A stretch of 62,969 nucleotides of DNA, taken from NCBI GenBank assembly GCA_004431415.1, contig QPMI01000328.1, positions 1-62,969 of the forward strand, given 5' to 3'. Origin of the DNA: Cyanophora paradoxa CCMP329 (lineage: Eukaryota > Plantae > Glaucophyta). Positions 48,740-60,600 of this stretch are shown one piece after another. Within the stretch, counting starts at the first letter, position 1. Each line of letters begins with the position of its first letter. The notes under the pieces were generated by a model. That model did no database searches. It saw only the letters and a list, made by a program, of their open reading frames with translations, and was not told where the DNA came from. The position numbers were made by a program, and so were the translations under genes.

Positions 48740-49022
48740 TGTCGCGTGCGAGATTAGTGTGTCTAATCGTGCACGCGAGAAGCCCGTGCGGAGTGCAAGC
48801 TCGGCAGGGCGGGGTTTGGCAAGTGCTGCTGCTGTTAGCCACCGTGATGGTAGACTGAGGGTGTACCCGTCCAACTACGGCGTACCCCGACACACGCATA
48901 CAAATGACCGCGGCGCTCTAACTAGCCTAGGCGCCGTCGGCCTAGCAGCACGAAGGCTGCATACATCATCTAGAGCCCTAGCGGCTCACAATCGAGCATC
49001 CACTGTAAAGTCGGATGCGACA
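48740..49022 (-). repeat. 5' LTR (283 bp)
   Basis: Direct repeat of 34849-35131. Confidence 0.97.
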
Positions 49023-51522
49023 GGGGGTGCGCAGGCGCTGCTATGTCTATGCGCGCCCGTAGGCATCCATTGCGCGCGTCGCGGGACCGGCCGGAACCGG
49101 CCGGATCAAATTTTCGGCCGACTCTTCGCACTGGAGCGTCGACGGCGCGCGAAATCGGGTTTGCGGCGATGCGCTCGCCCTCGCGCGGCATTCTGTATCG
49201 TTCTGGGGCGTCCCTGGCGCGATTTCGTCGCGGGACCGGGCGGGACCGGGTCCCACCTTCTGACTCGGACTGGGTTTGTCGGGCGTTAATTTCCGGAATT
49301 GATCCAGAGGGAAATTCGATGTTCGCGCGACGTCCACGGGGGAGCGGTCGTCTTAGGGGAGCCAGGACGCTAAAAATGGATCTAGAGGGGTCTGTGGGGG
49401 TTCGGGCAACTGTGTAATGTCCATCAATCGCGTCCGTGTCGAGGCAGAATTAATAATTCGGCCTCGAGGGAGTGTCGATACGGAAATTATTTAGCAGGGG
49501 GGATCTCGAGTGGAAAAAAAGGTTAAAAAAGGAATTTCGCTCGGCGGTTTTTGGGTTTGAGAAAGAGGCAGAGGGAAATTCGATGTTCGCGCGACGTCCA
49601 CGGGGGAGCGGTCGTCTTAGGGGAGCCAGGACGCTAAAAATGGATCTAGAGGGGTCTGTGGGGGTTCGGGCAACTGTGTAATGTCCATCAATCGCGTCCG
49701 TGTCGAGGCAGAATTAATAATTCGGCCTCGAGGGAGTGTGACACGGAAATTATTTAGCAGGGGGGATCTCGAGTGGAAAAAAAGGTTAAAAAAGGAATTT
49801 CGCTCGGCGGTTTTTGGGTTTGAGAAAGAGGCTTCGCTTGAGGGGTCTGTGGGGGTTCGGGCAACTGTGTAATGTCCATCAATCGCGTCCGTGTCGAGGC
49901 AGAATTAATAATTCGGCCTCGAGGGAGTGTGACACGGAAATTATTTAGCAGGGGGGATCTCGAGTGGAAAAAAAGGTTAAAAAAGGAATTTCGCTCGGCG
50001 GTTTTTGGGTTTGAGAAAGAGGCTTCGCTTGAAAAAGGTTAAAAAAGGAATTTCGCTCGGCGGTTTTTGGGTTTGAGAAAGAGGCTTTGCCTGAAAGAGG
50101 CTTCGCCTGAAAGAGGCTTCGCCTGATTAATAATATTAAAACTGAAAAATCGAGAACTTGATCGATCCAATTGCGGTCCACTTTGCGTGGGGGCTTTCAG
50201 AAGTTGGACTCTTCGGAGTCGAACCCACGCGTCCGTTTTTTCTGGGTACAGTCTTCACAACTGTGAGCGCTAAAGCTGAATTCGGGGTAGTTCGCATTTG
50301 GACACGTACTAAAAACGCAGGTCCGGGCTACAAGTGTGGGAATGTACACTGCGGCCGCCGCGGCCGCGGGCCCAGCCCACCAGCAAGCTGGCCGGCCGGG
50401 CCCTGCGTGGCCCCCTAAGGAGAGTAATGCGCCTCCCCGCGGACACTCTGGCTGTAGCTAGCTATAGCTACAGGTGCCCGCACGCGCGGCGTGGTGCTGC
50501 ATCGCGTCTTGTGGCGGCGGGTGTCGTCTCGGGGCGGTGGCGGGAGCCCCTACAGGCCCTGTGGGGGGCCCGACATGGAGTCAGCCTGCGGGGGGGCGCG
50601 AAAAGGGGTCAGATCGATACATCGAAAAAACATTGGTTTCAAAGGGAACGGGGGCGCACTCGATCGACGAGCCTCCCGCCAAAGGCGAGCGCCTGCGCGC
50701 CGAAGGGCGCAACGATGCATCAGAGGAGCATCGCGGAGTGGGCGCCCGGGCGCGGCGCGCCGCGAACCCGGTGTGCCCTCTGCCTCGTTGGGAAGACGAG
50801 CCTGCCGCGACGCGAAGGTGAGGAAGTGGGGCTCGGCGCGAGGCGCGCGAGGGCGCACTCGAAAGCGGCGGAGGCGGCCCGCTGCGAGCGACGAGAACAT
50901 GTCAATTGCAAGGAACTTCGGAACGACGCGCGGGCAAAACGCGCGCGCGCGTGCTCACGAGGGCCGGTGGCAGCTATGACGAGCCCCCTGCGCGGAGAAG
51001 CGCAGCTCCCGAGGCGCAGAACGAACTGGGCATTTGCTCGAGCACGATGGATGTGCCCGAAGCCTCGCCAGGCCGCGCGGAGGCGGCCCGCCGCTGATTC
51101 TGGTGACCTGTGACGCGTGCATTCGCTGAGCACGCGGACCACGATGAGGGGGAAGACGACGGGAAGACGCCAACGCACCTTGCGATGCTGCACGGAATGG
51201 AATGTGACCGCGAAACCAGTGTTGACCTGCTTTATACGTGGTTCATAATGCAACGGGGAGGGGGGGGGAGGAGGGGGGGGGCAGAGACATGCGCTATTAT
51301 AACTATGAACCAGATCGACCAGACGTCGACCAGATCGCGTCCTGTCGACGTCCTGCGATCGCGAATGCAGCTAGCTATAGCCTAGTAGCGCTATAGCTAG
51401 CGCTAGTGCTCACGCCCGTTAGCATAATTAAGCAACAGCTGCCAGCAGCGCCCGCGGTCTTGGTCGCCAAACAGCTGCCAGCAGCGCCCGCGGTCTTGGT
51501 CGCCAAACAGCAGACGGCCACG

Positions 51523-54500
51523 ATGCCGCAGGAAGAGGCGGCTCACAGTTCCAACGAGGAGGCCGTATCGCAGGGGCTGGACGCCTTCTTTGGCGGCCTT
51601 GACGGATTCAGGTGCATGCGAGCCTGTGCTGACCCTGCACGACCTAACTTAGTAAAAGCCTGGCGGCGCGCGCCCCGGTGCGTCGCGGCACAGCTGACGC
51701 CTGTACAGGGATGTATTCGGCTTCATCTTCGCGAAGCTTCGGGAGCTGGACGACCGCATCGAGTCGGTCTCCATCGCGGCGGCGCTCGGAGGCGCCAGCG
51801 TGCAGGTCCCCGTGGACTCTGGCGAGCCACAGACGCAGACGCAGACGGAGGCGCTCTCAAAGCACCTCCGGGGCATTTTCGACCGAATCCGAGGCTTGGA
51901 GAACTGGCAGGGGGCAACGCAGGTGCGCAGAGCGCGGCGGCCCGGGCGCCGGCGGCGGCGCCCCTGACTCACCGGCCGCCCAGAACGACCTCGGGAAGCT
52001 CGCCACCGCGATCAACTCCCTCTCGACGACTGTCAGCCAGTCGCTCGGGGGCGGGGGCGGGGGCGGGGGCGGGGGCGGGGACGGCTCGCGGCCGCCGACG
52101 GCGCCAGGGACGGGGACCTCCTCGCCGGCGCACGGCCCGGCGGTGACGCTCTCGAGCTCGGGCCCGCCGCGCCTCTCCCCGCGGAGGCCCTCCGGGGCCG
52201 GCCTCTCGCCGCCCTCGCCGGCCTTCGCGGTCGAGCCGCCGGCGCCCGAGGAGGCGCCGGCGCTGGAGGCGGAGGCGGGGCGGGGCGGGGCGGGCGTGGC
52301 GGAGCGGGTGGCGGCGCTGGAGGGGCAGCTGGCGGCGCTGAACGCGCAGCTCGCGCAGGACGTCGCCGCCCTCTGGGACCGCAAGGCCGACGCCGTCGAG
52401 GCCCGCCCCCGCCGCCCCCGCCCGCAGGCCTCCCCCGCCCCGCCCCGACCCAGCGCCCCCGCGCAGCTCAAGGAGATCAACTCCCGCATCGCAACTCAGC
52501 AGGGCGAGGTGCGCCGCCCGGGCCGGCTCCGACCCGGCGGGGGCGCCGCCGGCGAGCGGGCGCCCCCGGCGCAGATCCGGTCGCGGGTGGCGGCGGCGGA
52601 GAGCGGGCTGCGGCGCGCCATCGACGAGGCCGTCGCGCAGGCCGGCCGCCCTCCCTCCCCGCCGGCCCCGCCCTCGCGCCCCTCCCCTCACCGCGCCCCG
52701 CCGGCAGAGCGCGCGCTCGCTTGAGGCGACCGTCACCCGCGCGTGCGATGCCCGCTTCGCCGAGAAGGCCCGCCCCGCCTCCCGCATCCCGCCCCCCCCC
52801 CCCCCCCCTCCCCCTCCCTCCCCTCCCCCCCCCTGAGGGCGCCGTCGGCGGCAGGCGGAGGTGGGGCGCATGTTCGCGGACATCTCTGAGCTCAAGGCGC
52901 GCAGGCCGCCTGTCCCTTCCCCTCGCGCCCCGCCCCCCTGCTTGCGCGCGCGACTTTCCCCTGCAGGCCGACAAGACCGACTTCACAACAATGGGTGCGG
53001 GGCTGCAGCGAGGGGCGGGGGCGGGGGCGCCGGGGCGCGCGAGGGGGGGCGCTCGCCTGAGCAGTCGGCAGAGGTCCGCCTGGAGTCGCAGACGACGTTT
53101 CTCGGGGAGCAGGCGAGCGCTCGCCCCGCCCGGGAAGGGGCCGGCGGGGAGGGCGGGGCGAGGGCGGGGGCGAGCGGGGGCGGGCAGGTGGAGAAGCTGG
53201 CGAGCCGGGCGGCGATGGCCGACGAGGTGGTCAAGTTCGTGCGGAGGGAGATCGACGCGAGCGCCGAGGCGCGCCCCCGCCCGCGAGCCGCCCCGGCGCC
53301 TGGCGGGGCGGCGGGGCGAGCGGGGCGGGGGCGACGCAGGCGGCGCGGCAGGCGCGGGAGATGGCGGCGCGCGTGCCCCGCCTCGAGGAGGAGCTGCGCG
53401 CGCAGCTCAAGGCCACCTGGCAGCGGGCCCGCCCCGCCCCGCGCCCAGCCCTTCCGCACGCCCCAGCGAATCCTGCCGCAGCTCGCCGCCGTGGCGGGGG
53501 ACGGCGGGGACCCCGAAGATGCCGGCGGGACCCCCCAGAAGGCGCGCCGGCCTGCGCGGCGCTCCCCACGCGGGGCGCGCGGCGGGGCCAGACGGGTCGG
53601 GGCGGCAGAGGGAGGCGGAGAGGAGCGTGAAGGGGAGCGAGGTGCTCGAGATGGTGCAGGGCGCCGCCCACAACGTCAAGCTCGTGCGCCCCCGCCCCCG
53701 CCCCGCCCGGAGCCGGCGCGCCGATCCCCGAGCGCGCCGCCAGCTGCGCGCCTCGCACCTCGAGCTCGGAGAGAGGGCGGACAAGGTGCGCGGGGAGAGG
53801 CGCCTGGTGCCCCGCGAGGAGGTCTCGACCCGCCGGCGCAGCTCGCGGAGGATCTCGCCAGGGCCAGCGAGCGCCTCGCCGCCCTCGAGCGTGCGCCCCC
53901 GCCCCCGAGCCCCCGCCCCCCCCGGCCCGCCGCGCGCCGACGCGCACCGCCGCAGAGGCGCCGGCGCGGGCGGCGGCGACGGCGGCGGCGGCGGGGACCT
54001 CGGGGCGCCCTGCACGCCCTCGGGAGTCCTTCGGGGTGCGGCTACCCCCCCCCCCCTCCTGCCCCCACCCCCTCCCCTTCCTCTTCCGACGCGGGGCGGG
54101 TGGGCAGGGGCAGCTTAACGAGGCGCGGCGGGAGCTGGAGAACCGCATCGACCAGCTCCAGATTGCCATGCAGGCGCGCGCGCCGGGGCCGCGGCGCGCC
54201 GCTTCGCCGGCTGCGCGTGACGAGCGGCGGGCCGCAGGAGATGGAGGGCCGGCACGCGGGGGAGGCCCAGTCCGCTGCCAGGGCGCGCCGCCGCCAGCCG
54301 CCGGGCTGCGAGGCAGGGGCGGGGCTGAGAGGGGCGGGGGAACAGGCGATGGCGGAGGTGCAGAAGCAGCTGCGGGCCTCGGGGGTCGCCTTCGGGGACC
54401 TCGCCCGCCAGAAGGCGCGCGGCGCCCCGCCCCGCCCCCCGCCCCGCCCCGCCCCCGCCCTCACGCCCCGCCCGCAGGCCTCGCTGCACGACCTCGAGCT

Positions 54501-55978
54501 CCACTACGCCCTCAAGGCGGGCGCGGGGCCGGCTCTTCTGGGGCGGCGTGGGGTGCTGAGGCGGGGCGGCGGGGCGGGGCGGGGCAGGTGGAGGTGGAGG
54601 TGGCGCTGGGGCGGGCGGTGGGGAGGCCCGCGAGGAGCTCTCCGCCCGCATCGACGCCCTCCGCGACATCCTCGCCGCCTCCTCCGCCGCCTCCGCCCCC
54701 ACGACTCCGTCCGCCCCGCACCCGCCCCCCCGGCCCCCGCGCCCCGCGCCCCGGGCCCCGCCTCACACACCCCGCCCCACCGCCAGGCCCTCCGCCTCAA
54801 GTGCCTGACGTGCAACTCGACCGTGGCCCCCTCCAGCCCCGCCGCCGCCCGCGGGTGCGCTCCGGCCGGCCCCGGCTCGCGCTGGGGCCGAGGGAGAGAC
54901 GGGCGGCAGGGACCTGGTTCGCACGAAGCAGGCGCGGCTGGAGGTCGCGCAGGTGCACTCGCACGGGCACCCCCCGGGGCTGCAGCCGGGCCCCGAGGGC
55001 CGCCCCCAGGCGCAGGCGCACGCGCATGGAAGCCCGCAGCGGGCGTCCCCGCCCCCCTCCCAGCCGGCGCACGCCCCTCCCGCCCCTTTCCAGACCCCGC
55101 CCCGGACCGCCCCGTCGGCCCCCGCCGGCCCCTCTTGGGGCAGGCCCTCCCCGGGGCCAGCCCCCGGGACGGCGCCCGCCCCCCAGCTGGCCCCGCTCTC
55201 CGCCGCTCCGGCGGCGCCCCTCCCAGGCTCCACGTTCTTCAACAACCAGGCTCGAGCCCCGGCGCTGCCCTTTTCCGAGCCCGCTCCTGTAACCGCGCCC
55301 CCGGCAGGGCTCGATCCCGACCTACACGGCAATCCGGGAGCCGCAGCTCCTGCGCGCCTCCGCCAGCGCCCCCTCTCTGCCGCCCGTCGGCGACAAATAC
55401 GTCGTAAAGGCGCGACGAACGTCGCCCCCCCCCCCCCTGAGAGCCGGGGAAGGGGTATAGTACACTGTCGTTTTTCTGAACATCTCCGGACAGGTGGCGG
55501 GGTACCGCTGGAGCCGCGAGAAGAACGTAGCGCCCGTGCCCCTCATGCCTCCGCCCCTCGTCTCGCCTCCCTCGGGGGTACGTGTATGTACGCTTCTGCC
55601 CTGGGGAGAAGCGCTGAGGGCAGGCGGGGCGCAGGGGTCGCGGAGCAAGCGGGTGGGGTCCGAGGACCTCATCCGAACGTACTTTCCCCGCGAGGCCGAG
55701 TGCGCGCGCCGCCCCCGCCCCGCCCCGCCCCGTCCCGCGCTCCCGGGGCGGCGCCGAGGGGAGGGCGCTCGGCAGGGCGCTGCTGGGGCGCCCCTCGGGG
55801 GCCAGGCGGCCGCCCAGGGCACGCTCGCCGCCCAGTGGGAGGCCCTCCAGCGCCAGCAGGTGCGCCGCCGCCCTGCCGCCGCCGCCCGCCGCCTGCCGCC
55901 CCGCCGAGGCCCGCGCGCCGCGCCAGGCCGCCTACGCCCAGCAGCTGCAGTCCGCGGCCGCCCAGCGCGCCCTGTCGA

Positions 55979-56015
<37 letters not shown>

Positions 56016-56291
56016 CCCCGCGGCTGTCGCGACTGTTCCGCGCACGGGCCCGCTGGCCCTCGCCGCCTCCGCCGAGCCGGCCTGGCCGGCGGCGACGCGG
56101 CAGCGGGCACCGGCGGGGGAGCCGAAGCCGCGGCCGGCCGCGTACGAGCCGCCGGCGACGGCAGGCCCGCGCGGGCGACCTCGCCGCCCCCGCTCCCGGA
56201 GCCGGCCCCCGGAGCCGCACCGCCCCCCGCGCCTCCTGCCGGCGCCTCCCTGCTTTCCCCCTGGCTCGAGGACGCAAGGCATGGGGATTAG
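51523..56291 (+). CDS. Long coiled-coil protein with CxxC motif (QRICH2/DUF4795-like architecture); 3' end approximate
   Basis: Heptad-rich exons (AERVAALEGQLAALNAQL, RKADAVE, ELENRIDQLQIAMQ, QKASLHDLE) followed by LRLKCLTCNS and a Pro-rich tail. Family call is from recall. Confidence 0.55.
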
Positions 56292-56420
56292 GAGGAAAAT
56301 TTAGACTTCAATCAGCGTGTATGACAAGACGATTAGGCGATGAATGTGCCACGAATCGGCCCACGGTGAGAGGCCTAGGCAGCTAGGCTTTGACAACTTG
56401 AAGTGTACATGTCCGTCAAG

Positions 56421-56708
56421 ACGAACGAACGTGAACGAACAGCCTTTTTACTGAACTGAACGAACATGAACAGAGAAACTGCTGTTCAGAACGCCGAGTT
56501 CTTCGGCAAGGGGGCCCCGTTTCGGCAAGTTTCGGGGGAGTTTCGGTACGAAAACCGTCAGAAAGTTGACAGGAAACCGTAATTCGCCCTCTGGAGGGGG
56601 GGCGAAGCGAGGAGCTCGCAGTTCGAACAGCTTCACTGAACAATGAACACGGGGGCTACTGAACGAACGAACACTGAACAAGGAGATTTTGTTCGAAATG
56701 CGCCCCTA
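56421..56708. mobile_element. Probable hAT-like MITE remnant with GAAC subterminal repeats
   Basis: Clustered (T/C)GAAC repeats at both ends; right end TGCGCCCCTA (TAGGGG on minus). Matching left TIR and TSD not found. Confidence 0.4.
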
Positions 56709-57397
56709 CGTACTCTCACAGTCTCTCAGAGTCTGCTAGCGCTAGCGCTGCGCGAGCGGGAAGTTTAATTTCTTTCAAAGTTTCATGATCATGATATCGA
56801 TCATGTCACGTGAAGTGTCAGCCGAAATAAACCGGCGACAGTACCCGGTACTAGCTGGTCGATCGCGAGCTCCGAGTCTCGAGCTCCGAGCCTCCGACAG
56901 CCGGCGCGGGGCTGCCGGAGCGCCTCCCCCCCCCAATCGACCACAGTACCCCCTTTGAGGAGTTCGGTAGGCTAAGGGAGCCTAGGGGTAGGACCCCGGT
57001 AGGTTCCGCGCCGGTCTCGCGAGTCACTGCAGCTGTTCGGGAGCCTGTCCCTCATGCTCATGCTCAGCCGCGGACCTTAGTAACTATACTCTAGCTGCAC
57101 TGCGGCAGCCTGCAGCCTCACCCTCCGCGGCGAGTCGACGCCCCGGCGACTTCCCGTGGCAGTCATCGGCTGACGGGACACCGAGCTCAAGAGTCTAGGG
57201 ATTCCTCTGGCATAAGCTTCAAAGGCTTAGCCTAGCAGATCTGCCACGGATCCCGGAGTCGCATCCGATCGCAGCTCGAGTAGCAGCAGGCTTTGCAACG
57301 CCGGCGCCATAGGACATTCGGCGCGAGCGCTATGCGCGAGTTCGGTCGCAAGATGAGCCCGTGAGGCTCGGCCGCCGCCCTCGGGGACCCCCTACGG

Positions 57398-57633
57398 ATG
57401 AGCGGGCCTCCCGTCGAGTCCTCCAAGCTCGGAGCAATTGGCGAGACCGGCTGCGGGAAGCGCCCGCCGAGCCGCGAGGCGGCCATCGATACCTCTTCGA
57501 CGCATCTGGAGATGGTCATCAACATTGGCTCGAGCGGGCGGAGCGACGGCGCTGAGATGCGCGTCGCGTACGGGAGCACCACGGGAAAGTCCGTGCTCCT
57601 GGGCGAGGGCGAGGGCAAGGAGCCGGGCCCCGA

Positions 57634-57676
<43 letters not shown>

Positions 57677-60600
57677 CTCGGGGGCCACCTAAGGAACCTG
57701 GCCAGCATGAATGTCGGAGGAGGTGCGGCTGAGGGGCTCGCTCCTCCGCCCTCTCGGCAGCCGCAGCATCAGCAGCCGCCGCCGAATGCGCAGCAGCAGC
57801 CGCAGCAGCCGCCGCCGCAGCCGCCGGCGCAGGAGGCGGGGGCGGCCGCGACGTCGTTCCGGGCGTCGTCGAAGCGGGGCTCGCTGGTGCACAGCGAGTC
57901 GATCAAGCGGGCGATGGCGGCGCTGGACGAGGTGGACGGGGAGGAGAGCATCCGGCGGCGCCTGGGCGGCCTCGCCCTCCGCTTCGACGACCGCTCCCTC
58001 GAGCTCCGCTACCGCACCTGGCGCCGCGCGGCCCCCTTCCCCCACGCCCTCCTCGCCGCCGCCTTCTGGGCCGCCTGCTGGCTCTGCGGCACCGCCGTGC
58101 GCGCGCGGTACGCGTTCAGCGAGGGCCGCCCCCAGGCCTTCTACCCGGCCCTCGCCCTCTGCCTCCTGCTCGCCGCCGGCACGGGCGCCGTCGCCCTCCT
58201 CGCCCCCCGCTCCGTCCTCGTCCGCCGCCACTGGCAGGCCGCCGCCGTCGCCCTCCTCCTCCTCTCCGCTGGCGCGCCCGCTGCTCCTTCCGACCGCCCG
58301 CCCCCGCCGCTCACCCTCCCCGGCGCCGCAGGCGTGGTGAACTACCTGACCATCCTCGAGCCTGCGGACGAGAAGTACCCCCTCCTCTTCTTCGCGGCGC
58401 GCCCCCGGCCCCGCCGCCGCCACCGCTTGCCCCGGGGGCTGAGGGGGGCCTGCCGGGGGCGCAGACGGTGACGCTGGAGACGCAGCTGGGGGCGCTCTCG
58501 TTCGGCCTCCACACGCCCCGCGTCGCCGCCCTCTCCGGCGCCTACTTCCTCACCCTCCTCGCCCAGGCCCGCCCCCCCGGCCTCGGACGCGCGGCGCGCC
58601 GGCCGGCCTGAGGGGGCGGGGCGGGGGCAGGCGTGCGCGATGCCGGCGATCCGCGGCTCGATGGTCACGTGGACGGCCGTCGCCCTCCTCCTCGTCAACT
58701 TCTTCTCCTGGCGCGCCCCCGCCCCGCCCGCACGGCCCCCGCCCCCTGCCCCCCGCTGAGGCCGCGCCGCCGGCAGGACGTACACTTCGGTGCAGCTCGA
58801 GATGGGCAAGCGGGTCCAATACCAGGCCCGCCCCCGCGCCCCGCGCCGCCCCGGGCGGGGCTCGAGCGGGGCCGGCGCAGCGGGCGGACCACTACGCGCG
58901 CAAGATGCGTCTGGAGGCGGCCAAGTCGGAGCGCCTGCTCAAGGAGCTGCTGGCGCGGCGCCCCCGCGCCCCCCGCCCACGCCCCGCCCTGACCCCGCCG
59001 GCGGGGCGCAGGAGCTGCGCCGCGAGAAGGAGGCGGCCGCCTCGCGGGCGCACAACAGCGGCTACGCGATCAGCCAGCCCATCGAGGTGTTTGCTTTGCC
59101 CCGCCCTGGCCGTCGGGGCCGCCGGCGGGGGCCGAGGGGGGCGTGCAGCGGGTGATGGCGGCGCTGGCGGGGCTGCGGGAGCGGGCGGAGGGGGAGGGCC
59201 GGGGGGCCGACGTCGCCACCCTCGACGACCTCCTCCACACCGGTCGGTCCCCGCCCCGCGCCCCGCGCTCCCTCCAGCGCCCGCCCCGCCGACCCAGCCG
59301 CCGGCGCGGGGGCAGTGACGGCGCGGGGGAACCTCTTCGCGGCGGAGCTGACGCCGAGCGGCCCCGACGCCGACGACCCCCTCCTCGCCTCCTGGATCCA
59401 CTCCGAGGCGCGCCCCTTCCCCTCCGCCCCCCTGCGCTTCCCGGGAGGCGCCGTCACGCGCCCTTCCCGCAGCTGGCGCCCCTGGAGCCGAAGCGGAGCC
59501 GCCTGCCGCCCCTCGCCTCGTTCCGCAACATGAGCATGCGCGCCGCGCCCCGCCCCGCCCCCGCCGCCCCGCCGGCCCTCGGCGTCACGCGCGGCGCAGC
59601 CGGCAGGCCGGGGCGTGAGCTACTCCTCGCGGCGGCGGTCGTCGCGGCGGCTCGGGGCGGGGACGCCGCGGCGGAGCGCGGGGCTGGGGACGCCGACGGG
59701 GCAGCAGCACGACCCGCTCGAGCCGATCTGCGCGACGCTCCTCCCCGCCGAGGAGGCCGCCCTTCGGTCCGCCCCCCGCGGCGCGGCGCGCGCGCTCGCC
59801 CTCGCTTAGAGGGGCGGGGGGCAGGGAGCTGCTGCCGCAGGCGGGGCGCTGGGAGTTCGACACGATGGCGCTCGACGAGGCGACCCAGGGCCGCGCCCTC
59901 CGCGCCCTCGCGTCCGCCGCCCCGCCCCGGCCCGCCCCTCTCCCGCCCCGACGCCCCCCCGCAGGCTCCACTTCTTCCACCACCTCGGCCTCGTCCGCCG
60001 CTTCCAGTTCGATGCCGCCAAGGCCCGCACGCCTCCCCCGCCCCCGCCCCTGCCCCGCACCCGCCGCGGCCGCCGGGGCGGCTGAGGGGCGGGGGCAGCT
60101 CTTTGCCTTCGTGGAGGCGGTGGACGACGCGTACAACGCCAACTGGTACCACAACGCCGTGCGCCCGCCGGCCCGCGGCCCGCCCACCCCGCGCCCGCCG
60201 CCCTGGGGTGACGGGGGCGCGGGCGGGGCAGACGCACGCGGCGGACGTGCTGCAGGCGGTCGCCTCCTTCCTCTCCTGCGACGCCCTCCGCCACGCCCTC
60301 TCCGACACCGACCGCCTCGGTCCGCCCCGCCCCGCCCGGCCCGCCCCGCCCCCGGCCCCGCCCCGACGCCGCGCCGCGGGCAGCGGCGGTGCTCGCGGCG
60401 CTGGTGCACGACATGGGGCACGAGGGCCGCAACAACAACTTCGAGATCGCCACCGCCTCGGAGCGCGCCCTCATCTACAACGACCGCTCTGTCCTCGGTC
60501 CGCCCCGCCCCGCCCCGCCCCCCGCCCCCCGCCCCCCGCGCGGGGTGAGGGGGGCGGGGGGCAGAGAACTACCACGCGTCGCGGTGCTTCCTGCTGCTGC

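Larger units (their letters stand above)
34849..49022 (-). mobile_element. Full-length, unusually large (14,174 bp) Ty3/Gypsy LTR retrotransposon
   Basis: Two 283-bp TG...CA LTRs; TSD GGGGG (34844-34848 and 49023-49027); PBS and PPT present; domain order gag(CCHC)-RT-RNase H-integrase on the minus strand. Confidence 0.97.
33529..50127 (-). mobile_element. Helentron/HINE-like element, copy 2, interrupted by the Gypsy element; outer end reiterated
   Basis: Same ~70-bp terminus at 33529 as at 31646. SubTIR GGCGAAGCCTC (33564-33574) is inverted relative to GAGGCTTCGCC (50113-50123). Sequence resumes exactly after the LTR element. Confidence 0.65.

Noticed and set aside
50330-51390. Possible small gene or gene fragment
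   Set aside because: No consistent exon chain or recognisable motif could be built on either strand.
51434-51511. 36-bp tandem duplication (and a ~48-bp one at ~22400-22483) near gene starts
   Set aside because: Ordinary local duplications with no further structure.
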